From a bacterium (GTDB lineage Bacteria; JAMCPX01): a stretch of 64,000 nt of DNA. How positions within the stretch are numbered: position 1 is the first letter of the stretch; every line of letters begins with the position of its first letter. The DNA is taken from NCBI GenBank assembly GCA_021787665.1, contig JAJYLN010000007.1, positions 10,135-74,134 on the forward strand, read 5' to 3'. The notes under the pieces are model-generated. The model was not told where the DNA came from, did no database searches, and saw only the letters and a list, made by a program, of their open reading frames with translations. A program made the translations under genes and the position numbers. Below, piece by piece: positions 51,367-60,968 of the stretch.

Positions 51367-51751
51367 GCATGTCGCGATAGTCGTCAGGGACCTGGACCAG
51401 GCCGTTTCCGTATATAAAGAGAAGCTCGGCCTGCGTCTGGAATCGAGGCAGGTCGTAGACACGGAATCGGTCGAAATAGCCGTTATGGCACTCGACAACA
51501 CGCGCATAGAGCTCGTACGGCCTCTGGATAGCACGGCCGGGGTGGCCCGTTTCCTCGACAAACGGGGTGAAGGACTGCACCACATCTGCCTCGAGGTGGA
51601 GAACCTGGATACGCTGGTCCAATCACTTCATGCGTCCGGCGTGCGGCTCATCGATGCCGCCCCGAGGAAAGGATACCGGGGCAACCGGGCGGTCTTCGTC
51701 CATCCGACCTCGACGGATGGAGTGCTCATAGAATTCTATGAGAAGAGATAG
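51356..51751 (+). CDS. VOC/glyoxalase-family protein, methylmalonyl-CoA epimerase-like
   Basis: 131 aa. MKLEHVAIVVRDLDQAV N-terminus and two beta-alpha-beta-beta-beta modules. Confidence 0.7.
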   Translation: MKLEHVAIVVRDLDQAVSVYKEKLGLRLESRQVVDTESVEIAVMALDNTRIELVRPLDSTAGVARFLDKRGEGLHHICLEVENLDTLVQSLHASGVRLIDAAPRKGYRGNRAVFVHPTSTDGVLIEFYEKR

Positions 51752-51885
51752 CCCGCTCAGCCTCGGGTCCTTTTTCTGGTATAGAGCTTCGTCAACCCTA
51801 CAATCAGACCCAGTGCTGCCGCCGAAAAAACGAGATCGGCAAAGCTAAAGCCGTACAGGCCGACGTACTTCAGAATTTCGACTAT

Positions 51886-51922
51886 CATAGTAAGTCCTAT
51901 ACGTCTTATAGGACTTACTATG
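51886..51922 (+). promoter_or_regulatory. 16-bp perfect inverted repeat (CATAGTAAGTCCTATA-cgtct-TATAGGACTTACTATG) overlapping the annotated start codon of the downstream methyltransferase gene
   Basis: Read directly from the sequence. AT-rich, 5-nt loop, no downstream T-run. The 3' arm ends in the ATG at 51920. Confidence 0.4.
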
Positions 51923-52549
51923 CAACAAATTTCTCAAAGGGTAATGCAAACAAGTGTAGACATGACCCTCAAAATAATATACCATAGGATGATGAAAATA
52001 AACGAACTCGTGTCCCGCTACAGAACGAAGCTCGGCTTTGTCTTTGCAGCGCTATTCATCATCATGGCAAGACCCACCGTTCTGGGTATGACCGTGGGTA
52101 TGCCCATAGGCATCGCCGGACTCCTCATACGGCTGTGGGCATCCGGGTATATCCGAAAGAACAAGGAACTCTCTATGGACGGCCCTTATTCGTACACCCG
52201 CAACCCGCTCTACGTCGGCAGCTTCTTTATCGGTCTGGGCGTTTCTATCATGGGGAGCTGTATTATCTTCATCGTGCTTTTCCTGACAGGCTTCTACTTT
52301 GTCTACGCGAGTGTCATCCGGGACGAGGAGAAGGGCCTCATCGAGCTCTTCGGAGGCTCCTTCCTCGACTATAAATCGAAGGTGCCCGCGTTCTTCCCGC
52401 GGGTAAAGCCTGTACGTCTATCGAAGGATTTCGACCTCAGGCTCGTCGTGAAACATGAGGAGTATAACGCGTGGCTCGGGTTTGCCGCCATGGTCGTCCT
52501 GCTGTACCTCAAATACCATTTTCATCTGTACTCCCTTTGTCCCTTATGA
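51920..52549 (+). CDS. Isoprenylcysteine carboxyl methyltransferase (ICMT)/phospholipid methyltransferase-family membrane protein
   Basis: TRNPLYVGSFFIGLG and EEKGLIELFGGSFLDYKSKVPAFFP signature of the ICMT/PEMT family. The true start may lie at an internal Met. Confidence 0.7.
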   Translation: MQQISQRVMQTSVDMTLKIIYHRMMKINELVSRYRTKLGFVFAALFIIMARPTVLGMTVGMPIGIAGLLIRLWASGYIRKNKELSMDGPYSYTRNPLYVGSFFIGLGVSIMGSCIIFIVLFLTGFYFVYASVIRDEEKGLIELFGGSFLDYKSKVPAFFPRVKPVRLSKDFDLRLVVKHEEYNAWLGFAAMVVLLYLKYHFHLYSLCPL

Positions 52550-54030
52550 AAAGACAGCGCACCATAGCATACCTTGCCATACTGGTGGCATTTGTTCTCA
52601 ACGCCTTCTACATAAAGACCACCCACCTCCTCCTGTCCCCGGACGAGGCCTACTACTGGGACTGGGCACGACATCCGTCCCTGAGCTATCTCGATATGGG
52701 GCCGATGATCGCATGGATCAACATGCTCATGGTCCGTATCATGGGGTCGACGGCCTTTGCCCTGAGGATGGGAGCAGACATCTTCGCTTCTCTCTCTGCG
52801 CTGCTGTTTTTCGAGATCTACAACCGCTTCTTCTCTCACGCGACCGCACTGCTGGCCACGCTCCTCTACCTGCTCAACCCGCTCGTTGCCGCTGGAGCTT
52901 TCATCGAGACATACTACGTGCCCCAGATCCTATTCATGACGGCCCTGCTCTTCCTGCTCTTCGAGCTCAACGAGACCCAGAAACCGTGGCTGTGGTACCC
53001 GATAGGTTTCGTGCTCGGTCTCGGTATCCTGAGTCACCACATGTTTTTCTTCTTCAGTCTCGAGGTCGTACTGTTCGTTGTCATATCCGCCAGAAACAGG
53101 CACTGGCTCTGGAAAAAGGAGCCTTACCTGGGCGCCCTGATAACGGTAGCGACAGCGAGTCCGGTGTTCATATGGAACCTTACCCACGGACTCGGCATGT
53201 TCAAGAGGGCGCTGTCGCTGATGCCGGCCCACTACAATCCCTGGTTCGTCTTTACCAACTTCTTTTTCGGCGACATGGGGCTTGTAACCCCGTTCGTCTT
53301 TATCCTTCTCATCTACGTCATGGTCTACTCCATACGGAGGGGTCTGTTCCATCACGACGAGAGGTTCAACGTCATTCTCGCTACCTCCCTGCCCACCTTC
53401 GTCTTCATATGCTTTCTCGCATTCCGGGGCAGGGCCGAGGTCAACTGGCCTTCGGCCGGATTCATCGCACCGTTCATCGGCGGTGTGTACCTGCTCGAAG
53501 AGACATACAGGGCCGGCCACAGGAAGTTCGTCTTTCTATCGTTCGCCCTGATGTTCCTGACGATGCTGCCAGTCTTCTACTTCGAGCATTACCCATCATG
53601 GATATACAAGCGGCTGCATCTGCCTCCTCAGAACCAATTCACCAGGAGGCTGCGGGGGTGGAACAGGCTCGCCGGACAGGTGGAGGGCCTCATACAACCC
53701 GGGGAATACGTCGGCGCGACGGACTACGGCATCACAGCCGAGCTCGCTTTTTACCTCAAGGGACAGCCGGCGGTCTACTTCCTCAAGGTTAACGATACGG
53801 CGAAGAACGCCTACTGGTTTTTCCAGGACCGGAGCGTGCTCAAAGGCAAGGATATGATCATCGTAGACCGTGGCAACGGTACGCTGAACCCTGTGACACG
53901 GTCCCTGTTCTCCCGAGTCAAGCGGCTGGGCACATTCGATCTCACGGAAAGATCATCGGGTACACCCTGGGCCAGCTTCACCTTCTACCGTGGCTACGAC
54001 TATCGAGGAGGTACGTCGTGGACGAGATAG
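52546..54030 (+). CDS. Glycosyltransferase family 39/83 (ArnT/PMT-like membrane glycosyltransferase)
   Basis: ~495 aa polytopic protein with an N-terminal DE..YY motif (SPDEAYYWDWARHP). Start overlaps the upstream stop (ATGA). Confidence 0.75.
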   Translation: MKRQRTIAYLAILVAFVLNAFYIKTTHLLLSPDEAYYWDWARHPSLSYLDMGPMIAWINMLMVRIMGSTAFALRMGADIFASLSALLFFEIYNRFFSHATALLATLLYLLNPLVAAGAFIETYYVPQILFMTALLFLLFELNETQKPWLWYPIGFVLGLGILSHHMFFFFSLEVVLFVVISARNRHWLWKKEPYLGALITVATASPVFIWNLTHGLGMFKRALSLMPAHYNPWFVFTNFFFGDMGLVTPFVFILLIYVMVYSIRRGLFHHDERFNVILATSLPTFVFICFLAFRGRAEVNWPSAGFIAPFIGGVYLLEETYRAGHRKFVFLSFALMFLTMLPVFYFEHYPSWIYKRLHLPPQNQFTRRLRGWNRLAGQVEGLIQPGEYVGATDYGITAELAFYLKGQPAVYFLKVNDTAKNAYWFFQDRSVLKGKDMIIVDRGNGTLNPVTRSLFSRVKRLGTFDLTERSSGTPWASFTFYRGYDYRGGTSWTR

Positions 54031-54032
54031 AG

Positions 54033-54614
54033 ATGATAAAATCTGAGCTCAGGGCGAGCGCCGAACTCAAGCTCAGGCTCATGGACACGCACGCCCCGAT
54101 AATCCAGAAGGCTGCCGATGTTATCTGCCGAGCGGTCACGACCGGGTCGGTGTTGTTCCTGTTCGGCAACGGCGGCTCCGCAGCGGACGCACAGCATATC
54201 GCCGCGGAGTTCGTGAACAGGTTCAAGGTCGAGAGAAGGCCGTTGCCTGCGGTCGCGCTCTCGACGGATACCTCCGTCATCACGAGCATAGGGAACGACT
54301 ACTCGTTCGACGATATATTCTCGAAACAGATAGCCGCACTCGGCAGAATGGGGGACATAGCCCTGGGGATCTCCACGTCCGGCAATTCCAGGAACATCGT
54401 AAACGCCTTCGGGGCAGCCCGGGACAGGGGTCTCTTTACCATCGGCCTGCTCGGCAGGGACGGCGGCAAGGCACGTACCGTTGTGGACCTTGCCATCATT
54501 ATCGATCATCCTGACACACCGCGCATCCAGGAAGCGCACATAACGATAGGTCACGCCCTCTGCTCGATCATCGATCAGAGGATCAAAGCGATGGGGGTCA
54601 AGGGAGCTTCTTGA
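54033..54614 (+). CDS. gmhA: D-sedoheptulose 7-phosphate isomerase (phosphoheptose isomerase, SIS domain)
   Basis: LFLFGNGGSAADAQHIAAEF and ALGISTSGNSRN SIS motifs. Alternative GTG start at 54018. Confidence 0.85.
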   Translation: MIKSELRASAELKLRLMDTHAPIIQKAADVICRAVTTGSVLFLFGNGGSAADAQHIAAEFVNRFKVERRPLPAVALSTDTSVITSIGNDYSFDDIFSKQIAALGRMGDIALGISTSGNSRNIVNAFGAARDRGLFTIGLLGRDGGKARTVVDLAIIIDHPDTPRIQEAHITIGHALCSIIDQRIKAMGVKGAS

Positions 54615-55492
54615 AGGTATTCGTGGCCGGAGGCACCGGGTATATAGGCAGACACGTTATCAGGCGTCTCCTCAGGGACGGTCACAGCGTAAGGGCGCTC
54701 ATCAGGGGAGGATCCGAGGCAAAACTCCGCGACTTCAGCATAGAGACGGTACACGGCGACATATCGGACCCATCCTCCCTGAACGGCGCTCTGGAGGGAT
54801 GCGGCGCAGTCATCTACCTGATAGGCCTCATCAGGGAGCTGCCCTCGAAGGGAGCGACCTTCGAGCACACCCACGTCCGGGGCGTAAGGCATGTATACGA
54901 GAGGGCCTCCCAAGCCGGCATACGGCGATGGATCCACATCAGCTCAAACGGCGTAAAGCCGGACACCAAGGACGGCTATATAAGGACAAAGTACAGGGCA
55001 GAAGAGTTCATTAAGGCGCAGGACCTCGACTATACCATACTCAGGCCATCCATCGTATTCGGCGACGAGACCGACGGCACCGTCAATTTCGTCACGACGA
55101 TAAAGAGACTGCTTACCCTTTTTCCCTTGATCGTGCCGATCATAGGGAACGGCGGTTACAGACTCCAGCCTGTGCACGTGGATGACCTTGCACAGGTCCT
55201 ATCCAGGATACTCGACAGGCCGTCCACATTCAATCACACCTACAGCTTGTGCGGTGCCCGCAGCACCACGTACAACGATATGCTGGACACCGTCGCTGCA
55301 CGGTTCGGTATCAAGAAGAAGATGAAGGTACATCTGCCGACCGTCCTGATAAAATCCGCGGCCCTGCTTTTCCAGAAGATAGAATCCTTTCCGTTAACCG
55401 CTGAGCAGACAGATATACTCGTGGCCGGGAACACCTGCAGCGACTCGGACCTCTTCGACGAACTCGGCATCGTGCCCAAGGCATTCTCCTGA
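54611..55492 (+). CDS. NAD(P)-dependent epimerase/dehydratase family protein (atypical SDR, NmrA-like)
   Basis: VFVAGGTGYIGRHV Rossmann motif. The apparent TTG start overlaps the gmhA stop. Confidence 0.7.
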   Translation: MKVFVAGGTGYIGRHVIRRLLRDGHSVRALIRGGSEAKLRDFSIETVHGDISDPSSLNGALEGCGAVIYLIGLIRELPSKGATFEHTHVRGVRHVYERASQAGIRRWIHISSNGVKPDTKDGYIRTKYRAEEFIKAQDLDYTILRPSIVFGDETDGTVNFVTTIKRLLTLFPLIVPIIGNGGYRLQPVHVDDLAQVLSRILDRPSTFNHTYSLCGARSTTYNDMLDTVAARFGIKKKMKVHLPTVLIKSAALLFQKIESFPLTAEQTDILVAGNTCSDSDLFDELGIVPKAFS

Positions 55493-55553
55493 AGCTGCAG
55501 GACTACCTTGGTGTCGGCAACGCCCGGACGCTGAAAGGGCTGCTCTCGAACGA

Positions 55554-56261
55554 CTAACCGGCGTACATCCGAATCTGCTCCGCAAGCCGGTCCACCGGCA
55601 TCTGCCCGTCCGCCTTCGGCCTTCCGATGTACCCGTAGGTGATGAGCGAGCCGAAGAGGGGATTCACCACCCTGGAGATCATGCCGACACTGCCAAGGGA
55701 TATGGTGATAAGCCGCCCCTTCCGGTGGTCCATCGTAAAGCGCAGAAGGCGCGCAACATCTCCGATGCCGCGCGCCATGAGCGCAAACTTGATTATGTCC
55801 GCGGACTTGCGCTCTGCCATCGACATCATCTTCAGCAGGCTATCGTCAGCAGGGGTCTTTTTCAAATCATGATATGAGGCGATAACGGTCCTTTTGTATC
55901 TGTGTGCCAGGGCAACGACGCTCGGAAATATCCGAGACTCTATCTCTATGTCCACCAAATCAGCGTTGACGACGATCGCCTCGAACAAGGTGTACCTGGT
56001 CTCTTCGTCCATCACTGCCCTGCCCCCTTCCTTCTTCAGCCGTACGGTGGCAATCACGGGCCTTGACAGCTTGTCCCTTGCCCTGGCAAAGACCCCTGCC
56101 ACGTACTCCGGCGACAGCCGCCGAAACAGATCGACCCGCAGCTCTACGAGGTCTATGCGGCGCACCTGTGCCGACGACGCGCGATCGACGTCCCTGTCCG
56201 TCATTGCACATGCTATGAGGGGCCCGGTCCCGGCCATGATGTTACGGAGCATCGTTTTCAT
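55554..56261 (-). CDS. aroD: 3-dehydroquinate dehydratase, type I
   Basis: DLVELRVDLF motif and ~235 aa TIM-barrel length. Confidence 0.75.
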   Translation of the reverse strand: MKTMLRNIMAGTGPLIACAMTDRDVDRASSAQVRRIDLVELRVDLFRRLSPEYVAGVFARARDKLSRPVIATVRLKKEGGRAVMDEETRYTLFEAIVVNADLVDIEIESRIFPSVVALAHRYKRTVIASYHDLKKTPADDSLLKMMSMAERKSADIIKFALMARGIGDVARLLRFTMDHRKGRLITISLGSVGMISRVVNPLFGSLITYGYIGRPKADGQMPVDRLAEQIRMYAG

Positions 56262-56384
56262 GCATTCCTTTTATTCCATTCAGGGGTAAAATGCAAAGCG
56301 GACGAAAATTAATGACAAATCCGACAGAAGGGCATATGGAATATATTTGTTTTAAAAATACAGGACCGAAGGGGACAATACCGA

Positions 56385-57179
56385 ATGGACGACAAGATCA
56401 CTTTCTGGGACCATCTCGATGAACTCAGGAAGCGCCTGATACTATCCATCATATTCATAGCTGTCGGCGCATGCGGCGGCTTTTACTTTGCCGCTGAGCT
56501 GCTGAATATCATGGAATTCCCGCTGCGCTCGAGGCTCAGGGTGTCCCTCCACAGCCCCTATATCAGTCTCATAACATCGCACGCGCCCATAAAGCTCGTG
56601 TTCATCCAGCCCATCGAGGCCATATGGACGTACCTCAAACTCGGGCTGATAGCAGGCCTCGTTTTGGCACTACCGCTCGTGCTCTACGAGCTGTGGCTGT
56701 TCATAAAGCCGGGCCTCTACCCTTCCGAGAGGAACTATGTCAGGGTGTTCGTGATCACCGGCGGGGTGTTTTTCTTATTTGGGGGTGCATTCAGCTTCTT
56801 CGTCATACTGCCGTTCGCCATGAAGTTCCTGTTGAGCGTCGGAACAGGGAAACTCATTCCCATGCTCAGCGTGGAACAGTACGTGGACTTCTGTCTCCAG
56901 TTCATCCTTTCATTCGGACTCGTATTTGAGCTCCCATTCGTGCTTCTGATCCTCTCCGCAATGGGGATCGTGAACCCTCGTGGACTCGCAGAGAAGAGGA
57001 GATACGCGATCGTGGGGGCGTTCATACTCGGCGCTATACTCAGTCCCAGCCCGGACGTATTCAACCAGACGCTCGTGGCAGTGCCGCTGATAGTTCTCTA
57101 CGAGGTTGGTATACTCCTCTCTTCCCTGTACATGAAGAGGAAGGGAGCAAGATCCGGGAAAGAGGATCCTGTCGCATAA
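56385..57179 (+). CDS. tatC: Sec-independent protein translocase TatC
   Basis: 264 aa, six TM helices. N-terminus FWDHLDELRKRL is typical of TatC. Confidence 0.9.
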   Translation: MDDKITFWDHLDELRKRLILSIIFIAVGACGGFYFAAELLNIMEFPLRSRLRVSLHSPYISLITSHAPIKLVFIQPIEAIWTYLKLGLIAGLVLALPLVLYELWLFIKPGLYPSERNYVRVFVITGGVFFLFGGAFSFFVILPFAMKFLLSVGTGKLIPMLSVEQYVDFCLQFILSFGLVFELPFVLLILSAMGIVNPRGLAEKRRYAIVGAFILGAILSPSPDVFNQTLVAVPLIVLYEVGILLSSLYMKRKGARSGKEDPVA

Positions 57180-57338
57180 ATGGTTATAACCGGCAAGACG
57201 AATTCAGTTACAGCCCCATTCGATATTGCGTACGATAGGATCTCCGAAGTCCACACAGGGCTACCGCCGAATCTGCTCAACGTCCTTTGCCAAGGGTGAC
57301 CCCATAGCCGGTCGCCCGCTCTATCCTGTCCTCGGATT

Positions 57339-57884
57339 TTACGACGGTGTTGTTGTTAAATAATATTTTATATCGTAAGCCATGTTATACAGGGAATTCG
57401 AAAGCTGTCCGGAAAAAGACATATTGGAAAAACCGCCATAGGGGTTGTATGAAATGGGCGACGGTTCTTCGAGCCTCCGGTAGAGCAGTTTTTTTGTCCC
57501 TCCGTCATAGAAGCTCATCTCGCACTGAAGCTGGTTCCCGATTAATGACACTTTAGAGAACACTATGACCAAGGTATGAGGAGCCCATGGAATGCGTGCA
57601 TATCTTGAGGCCGCGCCGATAACGTTCCACCCTTTCATATAGCTTCTGGTATATGACTGGAGCGAGTCGATGTTCTGCGTTTTTATTTCATCTAACCATT
57701 CTCCTTTTGTCCCGTAACCGAATTTCATCCAATGTTGCTCTCCGAGATCGAGCCAGCCCACATAAATTTTGTTGAATTTCTGATATTGCTCGCTGACTCG
57801 GACAGGCCCGCACCCAGCCGTCATACTTGTCAAAACCATTCCGATAATCCCAAAGGCCACATACCTGTTAAATCTGCTCTTCAT
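57339..57884 (-). CDS. Hypothetical lipoprotein (low-GC gene), divergent from the ACP operon
   Basis: Lipobox MTAGC after a signal peptide. No recognisable domain. Markedly AT-rich compared with its neighbours. Internal start MKSRFNRY preferred. Confidence 0.5.
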   Translation of the reverse strand: MKSRFNRYVAFGIIGMVLTSMTAGCGPVRVSEQYQKFNKIYVGWLDLGEQHWMKFGYGTKGEWLDEIKTQNIDSLQSYTRSYMKGWNVIGAASRYARIPWAPHTLVIVFSKVSLIGNQLQCEMSFYDGGTKKLLYRRLEEPSPISYNPYGGFSNMSFSGQLSNSLYNMAYDIKYYLTTTPS

Positions 57885-58163
57885 GCTTACCTCCTTTTCT
57901 TGTTGTTTCACATGGTTAAACCCTGTAAACTTATTACATACAATACTATCAGTAACTTATGGTACCCGGTTCTCCGGGCTAAAGAGACCCCCTTCAGGGA
58001 TTACATGCACTATTAGCACAGTGGCTTTATAAGGAAAAGAAAAAAGTTTGAAACCTAAAACAGAGATCAACCGATGAAGCGGTCTCTCCTTTGTGCCACT
58101 TGACAAGGCATGGTATTTTTAATAGAAACTGCTCATACAAGCTTGTAACAATGAGGAGATAGC

Positions 58164-58454
58164 ATGGTATCAAACACCAAAAGCGTGACCGTTCAGGACA
58201 TCGAGAGAAGGGTCAGCGAGATATTTATCAATGAGCTCAAGCTCGAGGATGTGACCCCGGAGACGTTGGACACGGAACTACATCTTATGGAAGAACTGGG
58301 AATAGACAGCATGGACCTCATAACCGTGGTACTGGTACTGAAGGACGAATTCTCCGTCAGCATAGAAGAGGCGGATTACCCCAAACTGACCAATATCCGG
58401 CTCATAGCCGAGTACATCAAGGAGAAAATGGAACATGGAAGAAGTGCGGCCTGA
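58164..58454 (+). CDS. Acyl carrier protein 1
   Basis: 96 aa. LGIDSMDL phosphopantetheine attachment motif (DS*) in a four-helix-sized protein. Confidence 0.8.
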   Translation: MVSNTKSVTVQDIERRVSEIFINELKLEDVTPETLDTELHLMEELGIDSMDLITVVLVLKDEFSVSIEEADYPKLTNIRLIAEYIKEKMEHGRSAA

Positions 58455-58767
58455 AAAAGCCTCAATCGGAAAATCATCGAACGGGAAAGCGTCGATCGGA
58501 TCATCACCAATCGAAAAATTGATCGATGAGCTGAAAAAAAAGGTCCTCGATATCCTCAATATCCAGGACGTGAGTCTCAGTGATATAGACAGCAACGCAC
58601 CGATGGTGGGGAACGAGCTCGGCATAGATTCCATCGACATTCTGGAACTGGTCACCGTCATCGAGCAGGATTATGGCGTGAGGATCGACAACAAAGAGTT
58701 GGGCCGGAAGGTGTTTGCCTCATTTACTTCTCTCGCACAATATATAGCTGACCACAGAACCAGTTGA
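58435..58767 (+). CDS. Acyl carrier protein 2 (tandem ACP) with a short KASIG tandem duplication at the N-terminus
   Basis: LGIDSIDILEL attachment motif. The N-terminus contains the repeat KASIGKSSNG/KASIGSSPIE. Confidence 0.75.
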   Translation: MEEVRPEKASIGKSSNGKASIGSSPIEKLIDELKKKVLDILNIQDVSLSDIDSNAPMVGNELGIDSIDILELVTVIEQDYGVRIDNKELGRKVFASFTSLAQYIADHRTS

Positions 58768-58778
58768 ATGTGCCTGTA

Positions 58779-60968
58779 ATGTCGTCTGAAGGCATTTTCA
58801 TCACGGGCCTCGGCATCATCAGTCCTCTGGGGAGAGGACTCCCTTCGACGATCCATGCGCTAAAAAATCCGGTTTCGGGTATCCACAGCGCCGACCTTTT
58901 CAACGTTGCCGTCGATCAGATCATGCCGGTGGCCGATGTCACGGTACCGTTTCCGACCGAGCCCGGCGTCCCGAGGACGCATGCATTGGCGCTCGTTGCG
59001 GCACGCGATGCGATGGAAGGTCGAAAAGCCCCTCCGGATGCTATCGTTATCGGGGTCACCACCGGGGGCATGCCGAAGAGCGAGCAATTGCTCGGCTCGA
59101 AGATCGTGTCGCCGCAGGAATATGTGTACCATGGGGCCGGGACCGTGGCGACATACCTCGCAGAGCACGTATCGTGTACCGGACCGGCCTTCACCCTATC
59201 GACCGCGTGTTCAAGCGGTACCGCGGCCATCAAGATCGCCCTGGAGATGCTCAGGCGGGGAAAGGCAAAGAGCGTGCTCGTCGGAGGAGCAGATGCGTTG
59301 TGCAGGTTTACCTACTTTGGCTTTTTCTCGCTCCAGCTCATAGACCCCAAGGGCGCACGGCCTCTCGACAGGGACAGAGCCGGCATATCACTCGGCGAAG
59401 GAGCGGCAATGCTCCTGCTCGAGAGTGCACCGACGCCCCCCCAGGGCTCCATCGCTCAGATCCTGGGCGGTGGCATCTCCTGCGATGCGTACCATCCGAC
59501 AGCACCGCATCCGAAAGGAGAAGGTGCCCTGAAGGCCATGCAGGACGCCATAGCAGACGCGGGCATCCGGGCAGTTGATATCGGCTATATAAACCTTCAC
59601 GGCACGGCAACACTGGACAATGACGCGTCCGAAGCAACAGCACTCAGGACATTGTATCTCGACCGTATCCCCTCGGTGTCATCCACCAAAGGGATGACCG
59701 GCCATTCGCTCGGTGCAGCAGGCGCGGTCGAATGCGCGATAAGTGCATTGTCCGTTTCCGAGGAACTGATCCCGGCCAATACCGGGTGCGTGAACCCGGA
59801 CGCTTCACTGGGGCTGCCCGTCGTATTGAAACCGGAAAGCCGTCCTGTGAAGATTGCACTGTCGAACTCCTTCGGCTTCGGCGGCAATAATGCTGCCGTG
59901 GTGATCGGTTCCGTGGACCTACCGGTGCCGGTCCGTCAGAGGACATGCCCCATGAGCCTGCAGGTCACGGGTCTTGCCTGCCTGACCGGCAGCGGTGGCA
60001 CGGATGACTCTTTCCAGAAATTCTCACAGGGCGTTCATGTTACCGGCGTCCTGAGCGATGAGGAGGTCTCAAAGGACCTGCCCCAGCGTCAGGTACGCCG
60101 CCTCAAGAGGACCTCCCGCATGGCACTCGCCCTGGCCACGGCGGCACGCAAGGACGCCGGAGGAAGTGATTGTCCGTCCTCGGTCTTCTTCGGGACAGGA
60201 TGGGGCCCCCTGACCGAGACATACGATTTCCTTACCAAGCTCTTCGGGTCCGATATGAAATTTTCCAGTCCTACGGACTTCATCAATTCCGTGCACAATG
60301 CACCCGCAGGACAGGTCGCCATGGAGCTCAAGGCACACGGCGCCAATATCACGGCAACAGGCGGCGATTATTCCTTCGAGCAGGCCCTGTTTATTGCGAG
60401 CCTCCTGACGTCCGAAAAAGATAATCTGCTCCTCCTCGGCGCGGACGAGATGCATCCGGAACTGTCTCTTCTGTTCGATCCATCGTCGGCAGGCGACACC
60501 ACCCCTTCGGACGGCGGCGGCGCGATTATGGCGGTGGCGACAGACTCCCCGGAAGGTCCTGCGATCACGCCGGTCGCGTACCGGATGGCGCCGGGGAATA
60601 CCGGCTCTGCACCCATGATTGACCCCGGGATCATAAAAGATATCGACAGGCGTTATGGCGCGCTCTTTGTCGGAATCCCCCTTGCATACGAAGTGGCGGC
60701 AAGGGCCCAGGTAAAAAGTTTCCTTACGTACTCCAAGTTCAGCGGGCCTGTAGTCGATTACAGAAAGTACACGGGACAGTATGCTACGTCCGCCGCCGTT
60801 GCGACCGTCCTTGCTGTGAAAGCGATCAAACGGGGATCCCTTCCCGCGATCCTGACCGGTAAACAAGAAGTTTCCCTCAGCGGGAAAGGCATCCTGGTCA
60901 TGGGCTTCGGTCCTTATTGTACTGCTATCGATGTCCGTAACCATAACCGAGGTGTGCATGCCCCCTGA
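58779..60968 (+). CDS. Didomain beta-ketoacyl synthase: N-terminal KS (Cys-His-His triad) fused to a C-terminal KS-like/chain-length-factor-like domain lacking the nucleophilic Cys
   Basis: N-terminal domain has TACSSG (active Cys), CDAYHPTAP and NLHGTAT (catalytic His residues), and SFGFGGNNAAVV (KS C-terminus). The C-terminal ~340 aa are KS-fold-like, with ATGGDY at the position equivalent to the Cys. The ATG at 58779 overlaps the ACP2 stop. The ORF-track start is TTG 58764. Confidence 0.75.
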   Translation: MSSEGIFITGLGIISPLGRGLPSTIHALKNPVSGIHSADLFNVAVDQIMPVADVTVPFPTEPGVPRTHALALVAARDAMEGRKAPPDAIVIGVTTGGMPKSEQLLGSKIVSPQEYVYHGAGTVATYLAEHVSCTGPAFTLSTACSSGTAAIKIALEMLRRGKAKSVLVGGADALCRFTYFGFFSLQLIDPKGARPLDRDRAGISLGEGAAMLLLESAPTPPQGSIAQILGGGISCDAYHPTAPHPKGEGALKAMQDAIADAGIRAVDIGYINLHGTATLDNDASEATALRTLYLDRIPSVSSTKGMTGHSLGAAGAVECAISALSVSEELIPANTGCVNPDASLGLPVVLKPESRPVKIALSNSFGFGGNNAAVVIGSVDLPVPVRQRTCPMSLQVTGLACLTGSGGTDDSFQKFSQGVHVTGVLSDEEVSKDLPQRQVRRLKRTSRMALALATAARKDAGGSDCPSSVFFGTGWGPLTETYDFLTKLFGSDMKFSSPTDFINSVHNAPAGQVAMELKAHGANITATGGDYSFEQALFIASLLTSEKDNLLLLGADEMHPELSLLFDPSSAGDTTPSDGGGAIMAVATDSPEGPAITPVAYRMAPGNTGSAPMIDPGIIKDIDRRYGALFVGIPLAYEVAARAQVKSFLTYSKFSGPVVDYRKYTGQYATSAAVATVLAVKAIKRGSLPAILTGKQEVSLSGKGILVMGFGPYCTAIDVRNHNRGVHAP

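Noticed and set aside
52455-53792. 445-aa plus-strand ORF overlapping the GT39 glycosyltransferase gene in another frame
   Set aside because: Pro/Arg-rich with no TM pattern, whereas the GT39 frame has the expected polytopic pattern and the DE..YY motif.
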